Assembly (NCBI GenBank): GCA_964016885.1
Contig: OZ024740.1
Span: 300,638,001-300,702,000, forward strand
Origin: Eledone cirrhosa
Lineage: Eukaryota
Direction of reading: 5' to 3'
Length of the DNA stretch: 64,000 bases
Shown here: positions 30,641-41,962 of the stretch, one piece after another
Layout of the letters: the number at the start of each line of letters is the position of its first letter
Numbering within the stretch: position 1 is the stretch's first letter
Translations under genes and position numbers: made by a program
The notes under the pieces: generated by a model
Database searches by the model: none
Seen by the model: only the letters and a program-made list of their open reading frames with translations
Told to the model about the DNA's origin: nothing

Positions 30641-30646
<6 letters not shown>
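30128..30646 (+). repeat. Partial tandem repeat (period 420 bp, ~99-bp direct repeats)
   Basis: 30128-30226 equals 30548-30646 with 1 mismatch. Confidence 0.85.
30338..30378 (+). ncRNA. Hammerhead-like motif
   Basis: cgttg CTGACGA tagct-aata-agatt GAAA ctag TA caccg. Core intact, stems imperfect. Confidence 0.55.
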
Positions 30647-30679
<33 letters not shown>

Positions 30680-31175
30680 CATGACGGAGAGGGAGAGAGA
30701 GAATGTATTACGTTGGAACCACATGAATAATCGAATACGTTCAGTTTATTTCCCAAAAGATAGCTCCGCGTTTAAAGCTAGTGAATGCAGCCTCGTATCG
30801 TAGACTCCTAATCTGCCATGAGTTTTCCAATATAATCTGGCTTGAAGCCTATATCGTATTGTATAGTTGGAATTAAAGAAACATAAATTGAGTTTTGCAG
30901 TTGAAAGTCACAGCTGTTATTTATAGAACATGATGTAATTATTTCTCTGTGTTTGCATCTATCATTCATATATAGATCGTCAATCGCCTTTTCCAACAAT
31001 ATGACGTCAGTTGGATGACATCTCAACTAATTTGTTCATTTACATAAGAAAATTGCACCTTGCAATAGAAAAAGAATTTGCAAGTCAATGTTAATATGTT
31101 CAGTGATAGTCTAAATATAATGCTTTACTTTATTTTACTTTTCAATTTCTGCTGTATGTGTTAATATGTAATAAT

Positions 31176-31356
31176 TGTTTCTACTGTTGGCACAAGGCCA
31201 GCAATTATCCCAGTGCATTACTGGTATTTTATTTTATCGACCCCGTAAGGATGAAAGGCAAAGGTAACCTCGGAGGGATTTGAACTCATATTGCAAGGGC
31301 CGTAACTCTATGCGTCAAATAGGCGTCCGACTCTCTACCGATACTGCCAATCCACC
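31176..31356 (-). mobile_element. OK-like SINE
   Basis: Shared body; TSD atgtaataat. Confidence 0.88.
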
Positions 31357-31606
31357 AATGTAATAATATATTTATTTGACATAGTACACCCCCCCACACA
31401 CACACACACATACACACACACACACACACCCACATAATAGACTGTATAAGTTGATACAATTGTATAAGACATTCAGATATTTCGTGTTATAATCTAATTT
31501 TATCTCCAAATATATTGTCAAAAAACATAGGTAAATCAATTAAAAAATGCAATAAATTTATTGAACCTTGCTGATTCATATTTCTTCGTATATCTGCCCC
31601 CTCCTC

Positions 31607-31645
<39 letters not shown>

Positions 31646-31854
31646 GAAAAGGTACTTATTACATCTTAAATAAAGCCAACCAATACTATAAATATTTTTC
31701 CGTCTTCAGAGTTGGATTATTTGGTAATAGAGAACATGTTAAATTGATAGCACACAAAACATGTCGTTGTCGAAACAGTATTTTGATTCCAAAAGAATGC
31801 GTCATTGAACTGCTAAATGAACATTCTCTATCTATCTATCTATCTATCTATCTA

Positions 31855-31894
31855 TTTGTCCCCTTCTTTTGTGCCCCTGTGGCTAATAAAGAAA
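31855..31894 (+). mobile_element. 40-bp 3' end of the Tx1-like LINE within (TCTA)n
   Basis: tttgtccccttcttttgtgccc..gtggc.aataaagaaa matches the reverse complement of 46974-47016. Confidence 0.8.
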
Positions 31895-31896
31895 TA

Positions 31897-31961
<65 letters not shown>

Positions 31962-31962
<1 letters not shown>

Positions 31963-32555
31963 CGCATTGGTGCACTGTCCGGGCGTGGCTGATCTGTGGG
32001 ATTACGCCGAACGACTGATGTCGCGGGTGGCGCCAATTCGATTGACCGCCGAGTCCGTGATAGCGATCAAGCCGCCTCCCCTCTTCACAAAGGAAGCAAA
32101 GGCGGTTTTTCTATGCGTAATAGCCATGTTGAAAGAGGTTGTTTGGTGGACACGGTTGAAAGGTCTGAGGTCAGGCAACTTCCTCTCTGGCCATAGTCTG
32201 GTCTACTTCTTCCGATATCACTTCGGAAGAAGGATAAGAATGGAGAGAGAGGTGCTTGGCCACAGGCAGTTTTATGAAAGGTGGGTGATAGTGGCGAGAA
32301 TGGCTCGTGTAAATGGGCCTTCTCTGTATACCATCCTGTAGGTAAAGAAGTGAAGGAGAAGGGAGCACCCCCTCCATGTGCTCCCCGGGCAAAGGATTGC
32401 ACACTTTTTCGAGGGTGTTTGCAACCCCCATCACTTCCCCTCCCTTTTGAGGTTGTTTTTGATTATTTTCCTTTTATACCCTTTTTACTCGGTTTTATGT
32501 ACACTCCCCCTTTGTATTTGTCCCTTCTTTTTATACCTTTATGGTAAATAAAGAA

Positions 32556-32556
<1 letters not shown>
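31962..32556 (+). mobile_element. 5'-truncated Tx1-like LINE within (TCTA)n
   Basis: ALVHCPGVADLWDYAERL..KEVVWWTRLKG is homologous to 47200-47580 (-). Confidence 0.88.
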
Positions 32557-32605
<49 letters not shown>

Positions 32606-32611
32606 AAAGAA

Positions 32612-32644
<33 letters not shown>

Positions 32645-32739
32645 TACCTGCATTAGTTTTCACATTATGTGGGTAAGATTGTGCGAACTATATAACGTAT
32701 TCAAGTCTAGTTTTTTTTCATTCTTGATGCAGGGCAGTG

Positions 32740-33960
32740 ATCCCGAGAGTAATTGATTTTTTCAAGGAATCCGCTTAATTATAGTAGGGTGCTGCCTTAT
32801 CAAAGATGGCTTTACTGGAAGAGAGGTTGCATGCCCCTTACTAATGTTATTGATAACATTTAAAAAAAACTATTGGAGGTGGCTGTATCTAAGTCTCTCA
32901 CTACATTTGTGGACTGGTCTGTATGTGCGTGTCAAAATCCATGTAGGTCAAAATTAACGATTAGAAAATTAACATTGAAGAGATTGGTGGCTATCGTAAT
33001 TATAAATCCTAGGCTGTTGAACGTAGTGATCATGTTTTTTCTAAATGTGTCAAGATCATGACTACATTTATAGCTCGATAGTGCCAGTCTGCCATCAGGG
33101 TATGGAAGTCACTGAATTTAATATGTATTGTGTCTAAAATAAACAGGCCCATTAAATCGCATACATCGGTGCTATCAAATGATTCCTTCGGCACAGAAAT
33201 ATAAGCTTACATTATTCCAAAATTCTGCTATATTACATACACACACACACATACACTCACACACACATACGTACATACATAAATACATACATACATACAT
33301 ACATATATATGTATGTATGTGTGTGTGTGTGTATGTGTGTTAGTCGCGGTAAACGAAGGCGGGGTTGCCCAACGCTCACCTGGCGACGAACGTTCCGGAA
33401 GGACCTGATGGCAGTCAATATCACCTGGCACGGTCTCGAAAAAGTTGCCGCTGATCGTGACTGATGGTGAGTACTTACTGCTCGATGCACCGGATGGTGC
33501 TGAAGAATCAAAGACTAAGATATGCGTAGATATTAGTGTATATTCTTATACATATACAAATAGATATATGGATATATGCTAGTATATTTAAGTATATGTA
33601 AATCTCCAATTATATGCAACTATGTTAAAAGAATAATGTAGCATTAGATATGTTAATTATGAATAAACGAAAGAATAATCAGTATATGAACAACTTTTAT
33701 TATATTTCTGGTCCTCCAGGGCTTGCATTGATCTTGAGAAGGAAAATAATTCCTCAACCAACTTTCAGGCATTTTAAATAAATGCTTTGTTCGATTGATT
33801 TGCAAAAAGGTAATTCTACGTGTTTTGATGATTAAACAGATAGAAGGTCTAAGGTGATTGTTGAGTAAATTATTAGAGTAAGATAATATACATAAATATA
33901 TGATAGTGTTCATATGGTTTAAAGTTAGGATGCTCTATATTATATACGTGTCTCTCTAAA
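32740..33960 (-). pseudogene. Decayed PLE RT remnant, interrupted
   Basis: Minus strand reads SFDSTDVCDLMGLFIL, FRKNMITTFNSLGF..VNFL and SSSKAIFDKAAPYYN, paralleling the 25599 ORF. The part beyond 33650 is less certain. Confidence 0.7.
33343..33520 (+). mobile_element. RTE LINE 3' end fragment
   Basis: GKRRRGCPTLTWRRTFRKDL..NITW..EKVAADR is a typical RTE C-terminus. Confidence 0.7.
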
Positions 33961-34092
33961 ACACATAAATACATTCACAGCTGCATTCGTTCATCTAACT
34001 CTTCTACATGTTTGTAATTTAATTTATTTCCGATTTCCCCATTATAAGAAACTGAAAATAAAATGATTGATATTCAGTCTTGATTGTCTTTG

Positions 34093-34135
<43 letters not shown>

Positions 34136-34329
34136 CGACAGAGAGAGAGGGGGAGAGACAGACAGGCAGAGATAGGGAATATGACGTGCAGTTACTGAAG
34201 GTTAACCTGAGTGAGCACACGAGTCGGGCTAGATCGATACAGATCAAACGGTGGGCTGATCAATAGTGAAACGCTCGTCACTACTCAATAACGTAATGAA
34301 GACATAACAAATCGTCCTTTTATTATATA

Positions 34330-35221
34330 CTAGGAGTGGCGTCGCACGGGATAACGTATTTTGGAACGCGGGCAGCCAGTAGACATAAAAACTGAATGCC
34401 TGGACAATATGTAAAGAAAATAAACCGAATACTCTGATGGTTGGATAATCTTTAAGATTTTCCTCGATGAAGCAGGAAAAATGCAGGTTTTCACCTCATG
34501 CGGCCCCTAGAGGATCAAGAAAATGAATGTTTTTAATGTGCATAATATGCCTTGAAATATCGGGAAAATCGGCTAGACGCAACACCTCTAAAAAGCCCTA
34601 AGAAGCTAAAAAAATGAAGTTGTTCACCTAATACGGGCCCTAGGCCATAAGAAAGTTGGATTTTCTTTGCTTACGGTATGATAAAGAGGCTGACTAATAC
34701 ATAGTTACAATTTCAAGGAAATAGGTCTGACGTAACGTCTCCAAAAAAAACTAAAAATGTTAAACAACGTAGTTTTTCACTTAATGCGGGCCCTAGGAGA
34801 TAAATAAAAGTTGAATCTTTGTATGTGCATCCCTGAAACATAAGTAATACACATGTAAAGTTTGAAAAAAAATCGTTTGGGTACTTCTAGAATTTTAAGG
34901 ATTCAAACTCACATACACACATCCTCAAGGAACTGACGTAATGGAGACAGTCAGGAATACAGACAGATATTATAAGGGCGCGACGTTATAAGTATGTATC
35001 TATCTAAAAAGAAAAAGACTAAGAATTATAGTGCGAGATGGCTAAATCACCTAATGTGGTCCCTGGGGCATAGACAATTTAAAATTATTTTTGCTCACAA
35101 CACTCCCTGAAACATAAGTTTTACATGTGTAAAGTTTGAAAACAGTCGGTTGTGTGGTTCTCGAGTTTAAGGGATTCGAACTCACACACACACAGGCAGA
35201 CATCCTCAGTTTTATATATAT
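34330..35221 (-). mobile_element. Non-autonomous Helitron-like element with internal subrepeats
   Basis: One end is atactag and the other ctcagttttatatata. The motif tcacctaatgcgggccctagg recurs ~4 times (34490, 34623, 34777, 35047). Confidence 0.5.
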
Positions 35222-36298
35222 TTCAATATGTTATGCAAGGCACAGGATGAGGGAGATTGAAGTTCTGGTGTTTCGATTAACAACATTTTTTTCCAGGAAA
35301 CAAAAGACCATGGAAATAGATAGGGGTTTGCGATAGAAATGTGACAGTAGAATGCCACAAATATACACATGAAAAAAACAAAATACGATGTAGGCAATAT
35401 ATTTCTACTCAAATGGTTGGGTTACAGAGGAGATGTGTACATAGAAATATAGGAAGTGAATGTAACTGAAATCAAATATATGGTAAAGAACACATGATAG
35501 CAATAGTATTGAAATATCAATTCATCTCGTAGTTCGGTTAGAAAGATTCATCATTTCAGACGCTAGACCTTCATCCGAATATAAAAGGAAGACAGAGGAA
35601 GGAAAAGTATATATTGAAGAGAAACACGTGTTGTCTGCCATGTATATATATTTCTTGATTATCAGATATGCACTCACAATTGCAGTGTATTGTATCGAAA
35701 TATGTTACTAATCCGAGAAAATATTACATGCCCAGAATTTACTGATTGAATGTTCTTTTTGCATCGGAAATATAGGGTGGGTATAAGATTTTACATCTCT
35801 CGCTTTCTATTTTTTATCTCTATATGTATTGTTATCTATCTTTCTGTTCGTGTGACTGATTCTCAATGTTTTATTGGACAATAATACGAAATGTCAATTT
35901 CTTCCGTTAATAGATAATGAACCTGAAAAAAAATAAAAAGCAAATCCACGAAGAGACGTTCATTAAAACACGCACAAACATCCTTAATGGTTGCACAGAA
36001 ACACCTACCGTATTTCTAAATCATTGTCAATTCACTGTCGATATTCATTTCATTTACAAACAATGCAAATAAAAACATATATTAATTTTAGATCCAACAA
36101 TGATTCCAGGTTTTGTCGTGTCTGTTGTTATATAGGGGCATCCACATCTAAATATTTACGAGCATTCCTATCTCAATATTTGTTTTAATCCTGACACATT
36201 TTTTAATCTATCTGTGTTTGCAGAACCACTTACATCAACACACTCAAACATTCAGATACGCCAAATGGTTACTATCACTTATGCATATATATATATAT

Positions 36299-36612
36299 AT
36301 ATTAAAATACAAATATTAATAAAATAGATGTTCTTTTGATCAATTAAATTTTATTATACATATTTCAGAGGTACAACAGTACGTCCTCATCAGACAAAAT
36401 ATAATGATACATGACATACCCTGAGATGTTAAATGTTTAAGATTTAATCAAGGTAGTATAATAACATTTAATTGATAAAAAAAACATCTATTTTATTAAT
36501 ATTTGTATTTTAATATTAATAACTCTGGAAAATATTTTTCTGGTAGAGTGCTTCCAATCTACTGTAAAACTAATTCTTTGATGTACTCATTGAATCTTGT
36601 TTAACTCTTTAA
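36299..36612. mobile_element. Miniature fold-back pLTR insertion
   Basis: Arms 36299-36349 and 36466-36515, tail to 36612, (TA)n flanks. Confidence 0.75.
36348..36410 (-). ncRNA. Minimal type-I hammerhead ribozyme
   Basis: attttgt CTGATGA ggacgtac-tgtt-gtacctct GAAA t-atgt-a TA ataaaat. Confidence 0.85.
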
Positions 36613-36629
36613 TATATATATATATATAT

Positions 36630-36902
36630 ATAAACGTTTGAATTTATAAAGCCAAACAATGTAGGTATGGACATCAAGCTATTTAGAACACTGGTTTAAC
36701 CGCTTTACTTCCCTCCGAAGAAAAGATATTATCTCTAAAATTAAAGACATTTAAATAAATCTAAGGTAAAAGACTAATTGTCAACAATATATTTTGCATT
36801 TGCATTTTTTATTCTATGTCCATACCTGCATTGTTTGGCTTTATAAATTCAAACGTTTATACCTCATTACACAATGCTTCAAGTGAACTATAACTTCCTC
36901 CT
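36630..36902. repeat. Miniature fold-back with tail
   Basis: Arms 36630-36674 and 36816-36860, tail to 36902, (TA)n flanks. Confidence 0.7.
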
Positions 36903-37137
36903 ATATATATATATATATATATATGCCTCCATGGGCATCAAAACACTTCGTAAATATGTATAGACACTGTTACAAATATATATATGTATGTGCAAAAAGA
37001 ACATACCCCGTGAATATCCTTGTACAAACCTAAGAGCATAATCCCTAGAAACACAACCACCAAACCTTCATGAAAACCATATGTGCATGTATATATTTGT
37101 GTGTGGGTGGGGGCGTATATGTGCGTGTGTGTGTGTG

Positions 37138-37194
<57 letters not shown>

Positions 37195-37199
37195 CGCAT

Positions 37200-37597
37200 G
37201 TGCGTTACTAGGCCCTGCGTCACTCGCAAAGTTGGTTACAGAGCAGAATTACCTGTTGATAACGTGATATTCCTTGTTCGATCTTTATGCTGAAAGGTTA
37301 TAGTTTCAAGCACACCGTATTATTGATTTAGGTGTCATAGAAACCCTGCATTTGGATTTTACCATCAGTTCCATTTGGGTCCAGGTTTTTATCATTTATT
37401 TTGTTTGACCTGTTTAGCTTGATTTGTTTTTTGGCTTAGGTGGTTAATGCCTTCTTAACCACTTTTTAAGTTTGTATGGCGTTTTAATATATTGTTTAGC
37501 TCTGTTTTTTTTTAACTATTGAGCGCTTACCAGCATTTCTACGATTTTGCGATTCGTTTCGCTTTTTCTACCGGCCGAAATACGATTCTCGCTGAAT
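37200..37597. repeat. Inverted diverged copy of 28837-29230
   Basis: See 28837. Confidence 0.8.
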
Positions 37598-38586
37598 TAT
37601 ATTTGTATATATATATATATATATAGTTTGAATGGGAGAGAGGAAGGAAAACAAAAATTGGATTTTTACATGCGGAATACTCATTAGTTTGAAGTTATAC
37701 GCTGTCCGACTAATCAAACCCAAATAGATTAAATATATGCATGAATAAATCATTAAACATATAAACTCAATTAACAATGTACCATCAAATGGTCAAACAG
37801 TTACTTTTCATCACCATTCAGCCTGCTACATTTAATAAGACTACCTAATGATTGTAAACATAACAAGTTGATAAAACATAGTATCTTCAGGTAACACACA
37901 GAGAAGCATAAAAGTGTCCTATCCGATATTAACCAAGGTTTTCAATGAATCCGTTGATAAGCGATGATACATAAATGTAAAACAATAGGGTAAAGTCGCC
38001 TTAGGGATGAACATATTTTGTAGAATCCCCTGCACAATATCGAAGTTCGCATGATTTTATCACCAAGCGAGGGCTTTAACTAGTACGCAGAATTGCCACT
38101 GGACTCTCTATATATATATACATTAAGCTTGTCGCTAGAAATGTAAACCAAGGTTGACATAAGTGTCATTGGGAATAGTTGAAATTTGAAATTTTGAAAT
38201 GTGTGCATCCCAAAGTTTTTCTTATGCTTTTATATGTATATGGTGTTAATGTACATTATCTATGCTGAGAAGTAAATTCAATAGATATATTTTCACCTGG
38301 ATTTGGTGCTTGTCCATATGAGAATAATTTCCTTAAAACAACTTACTATTTCCTAATTGCTAGATGAATTTATGATAAGTATATCTAACTGGCGTTCTCT
38401 GTGTCATAAATAACATCTTCAGATACAGGCTCAAGGCCACTAATCGGACATGTAAAATATGATACAGTTGACATAACATTAAACAAGAGGTTATAAAATA
38501 TCTGTAGAGAACATTTGGTAACATATTTTCTGCAATGACTATGTAGGAAGTCGGAGAGAAGAAGAATGTATTGTGTAATGTCTCTC

Positions 38587-38641
<55 letters not shown>

Positions 38642-40865
38642 CAATGCATATGTAATTTTATGTAATATGTGTGTATGTATGTATTTCCGTGTCATAGTTA
38701 TACGTCAGTAATATATATTTATATATGAGCGCGAGTGTGTAGAAATAAATTAGCCTCTACTACAGTGAAAAAAAAATGAATAATTGTTACAACGATTACT
38801 ATTATATAGAGAAACCTAGATGCTGCCATTATCTTCTACAGAATCTCACGATTTTTATATAATATCAATATACAATGTTACGTTTACATCGTTCCATTTG
38901 TATTTTTCAATAGGCCTCCAGCAAAACAAAAAGGATCGAATTTACTGTTCAGGATCAATATATTTGGTCCATAAATGGATTTTTGCAATAGCATTTACAT
39001 TTGTCGATAGAGGCATTTGACACCGTCATGTTATGCACTTCAGCAAATCGAAGCTGAAAATAACTAAAGGTTGCATAAGATCAGTGAATATTAAAGAGAA
39101 TATCTGATATACACATTGAATTGTTAGCGTAAGAATGAGGGGTAAAAGCATGAGATAGTAACAATAATTAGAATATGGTGAATACAGGAACAAAATACAA
39201 GATGGAGACAGATAAAGATAGTGAACGTAAAATGGACAGTTCAATAACAAAATCTGAAATGGAAAATATGAATATATAGGAGAAGACAATATAACTTGTG
39301 ACGGTAAAGAAGAGAAAGGGAAGAATGAGTAACACATATCATGAAGGACCATTAGATAAAGAACGGTTAGGAAATATTAAAGGAACATTTAGAGAAGTAG
39401 GAATGTGTATAGATAAGAAATGATATAGAAATAAGAGGCATTATTGACCAAATAAGTGAATGTAGACCTAGGTGCATGACGATTTATCGGAAAATAACAA
39501 TTTCTAGTCAAGAAAAACATGAAAAAGTGGTGCAACAGAAATCAACAAGAGAGAGAGTGAAGTGTGAAATTTAAAAAAAATATATAAAAGAAAATTGTGA
39601 GAAACGTATAAGAGAAGTAGAAAGGAATTTATTAGAGGAAATATATTAAGATGATACTTTGGAGATAATATAGTTAACATAGATAGGAGAAAGACTATTA
39701 AACAGAGGTGTTGTAAAATAGTTGGAGAGGAAGCGAATGTTTGTTTTTTCCTTTGAGTATCTTAATTAATTACATGCAAACACATGAGATAAGTATTCTG
39801 TATTAGTTGATTTTTTCCAGAAACAATTGCTATAAGAGAATGGAGTCATGTATTCAAACAAGGATAGTAAAGATAGTATGCTGATTACCGTAGCAATGTA
39901 AGCCTAAAAGTTACTTATATTTCATTGTTTCTAACAAATATGCATAAAACATATGTATTTCGAAGAAGGATACATCTAAAAAAAAAAAAAATTGTACTGG
40001 TGCTCCTACATAGCGCTATACATATAAATGCAATTATTATTTTGGGTTATATACAGGGTGTTTATGAAAAATATTTGAAGGCTTTTCGCCCCATATTTTT
40101 AAGGATGTGCAAATTTTCATACATTTAGCCACCGTATGGAAAGGATTTCATCAGCTCATTAAACACAAGCAGAAATCTATAATAACCTCTTTTACTTTAG
40201 CAGCAACAAAAGCAGGAATGTGTGTAGTCTTGAGAAACGATGGCATTGTCGATTACTTCTTCCAGTTTCTACTGAAACTAGGTGTGTAAACATGGCCATC
40301 AACTTAAACATTCGTAGAGAGAGGCCTTCAGTTGTTTACAATTCTTTTATTAGATTCAGTCATTGTGCAACAGCAAAACTGGGGCACGGTCTTAAAAAGA
40401 TCCCTTCTCTTATATTCTCTGATGTAATCAATGACCTATCGAAACTCTGAATGAACATCCAACATCTGTCTTGCACATAGCACACATTTACGGAGCGTAT
40501 ACATAGAAAGTGTACCGACGTACATGTATGCATGCATAATCCCACATAAATATTCGCATGTACGCAAACATCTAGTGTACTTATTAATCACGTAGTAATT
40601 ACTTCATTCCAACTTCAGGTCACATTGCACATATTTTTTGTTATAAATTAGTCGTGCAACCTCTTGTGGGTGGATTTGATGAAATTAAACTCCAGAGGTC
40701 CGACATATATTTATGCCTATCTATATTTTGTAGAAAAGTGAATTCTACAGTACTAGAAAAGTTTTATTCGTATATTAAAAATAATTGTATGAACACTACC
40801 AACGTATTGCGTATTATTTTTTCTGTTGTCACTTCATGATTTCCATCGGGAATTCACCAATGATT

Positions 40866-40958
<93 letters not shown>

Positions 40959-40959
40959 T

Positions 40960-41704
40960 AGTTTTGCGAGGTTTTTGATATGAAATCGTGTGTCGAAACA
41001 AATATTGTTATACTTGGGGAGGGTCATATTTGTGTAATATTGCCAGAATTAATAACAGAACACACTCACTGTTTGGTTGGTTTTCGCTTCTCGCTTCTGT
41101 GTCTTTTATATCGGTAATCTAACTTACTCGGTCCTCAATATTGCCATTGATTGATCGACGGTCAAAAATAATACAGATACAATATAGACACAAGCACATA
41201 TATATAGTTTATCATAAATCTTTCGTTGCACATCTGCAACATCGTCAGTGGTGCTATCGTTTCCTCCTGTTGCATTGTATGTCTACGCCATTTTTATTCA
41301 GTCTGTCTATATATTTATTCATTTATTTGCTTGTTTGTTTATTTTATTTTGTCTTTTTTGCGCATGCATTTGCGTGTGTGTATAGTGTTTTGTTTGCTGT
41401 GTGATGGGTGACTAGTGTGTGTTTATCTGCTTGTTGTTATTGTGCTTGTGTATGTATTTATTTATTTATTTATTTATTTTATTTTATTTATATATATGTG
41501 TTTGTGTCTATATTGTATCTGTATTATTTATGACCGTCGGTCAATCAATGGCAACATTTTTATCGGTAATCTAACTTACCGAGTAAGTTAGATTACCGAT
41601 ATAAAAGACACAGAAGCGAGAAGCGAAAACCAACCAAACAGTGAGTGTGTTCTGTCATTAATTCTGGCAATATTACACAAATATGACCCTCCCCAAGGAT
41701 AACA

Positions 41705-41707
<3 letters not shown>
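40960..41707. repeat. Fold-back element with ~205-bp arms
   Basis: Arms 41003-41206 and 41489-41707. The terminus atgaccctccc(c)aa..tataacaata also occurs at 76-100. (TA)n flanks. Confidence 0.8.
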
Positions 41708-41742
<35 letters not shown>

Positions 41743-41758
41743 CTATTTTTATTATTAT

Positions 41759-41830
41759 GGGGGTCGATAAAATAAAGTACCAGTAATACATTGAGATAAT
41801 TGCTGTCCTTATGCCAAAAGTAGAAACAAT
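41759..41830 (+). mobile_element. 5'-truncated OK-like SINE
   Basis: ggggtcgataaaataaagtaccagt...ccaaaagtagaaacaat. Confidence 0.8.
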
Positions 41831-41962
41831 TGTTATCATCATCATCGTTATTATTATTATTATTATTATTATTATTGTTATTGTTATTCCTTGAATCTCA
41901 GTCATTGATGTTGGTTAACTGGAAAGTCCGTTGGATTGAATATCAAGCCACTACCTGCAGCC

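Noticed and set aside
34490-35070. Spaced repeats superficially like a CRISPR array
   Set aside because: Degenerate, units of ~130 bp or more with related spacers, eukaryotic context and no cas genes.
40052-40460. TACAGGGTGT mariner-like end
   Set aside because: No matching second TIR or transposase motif found.
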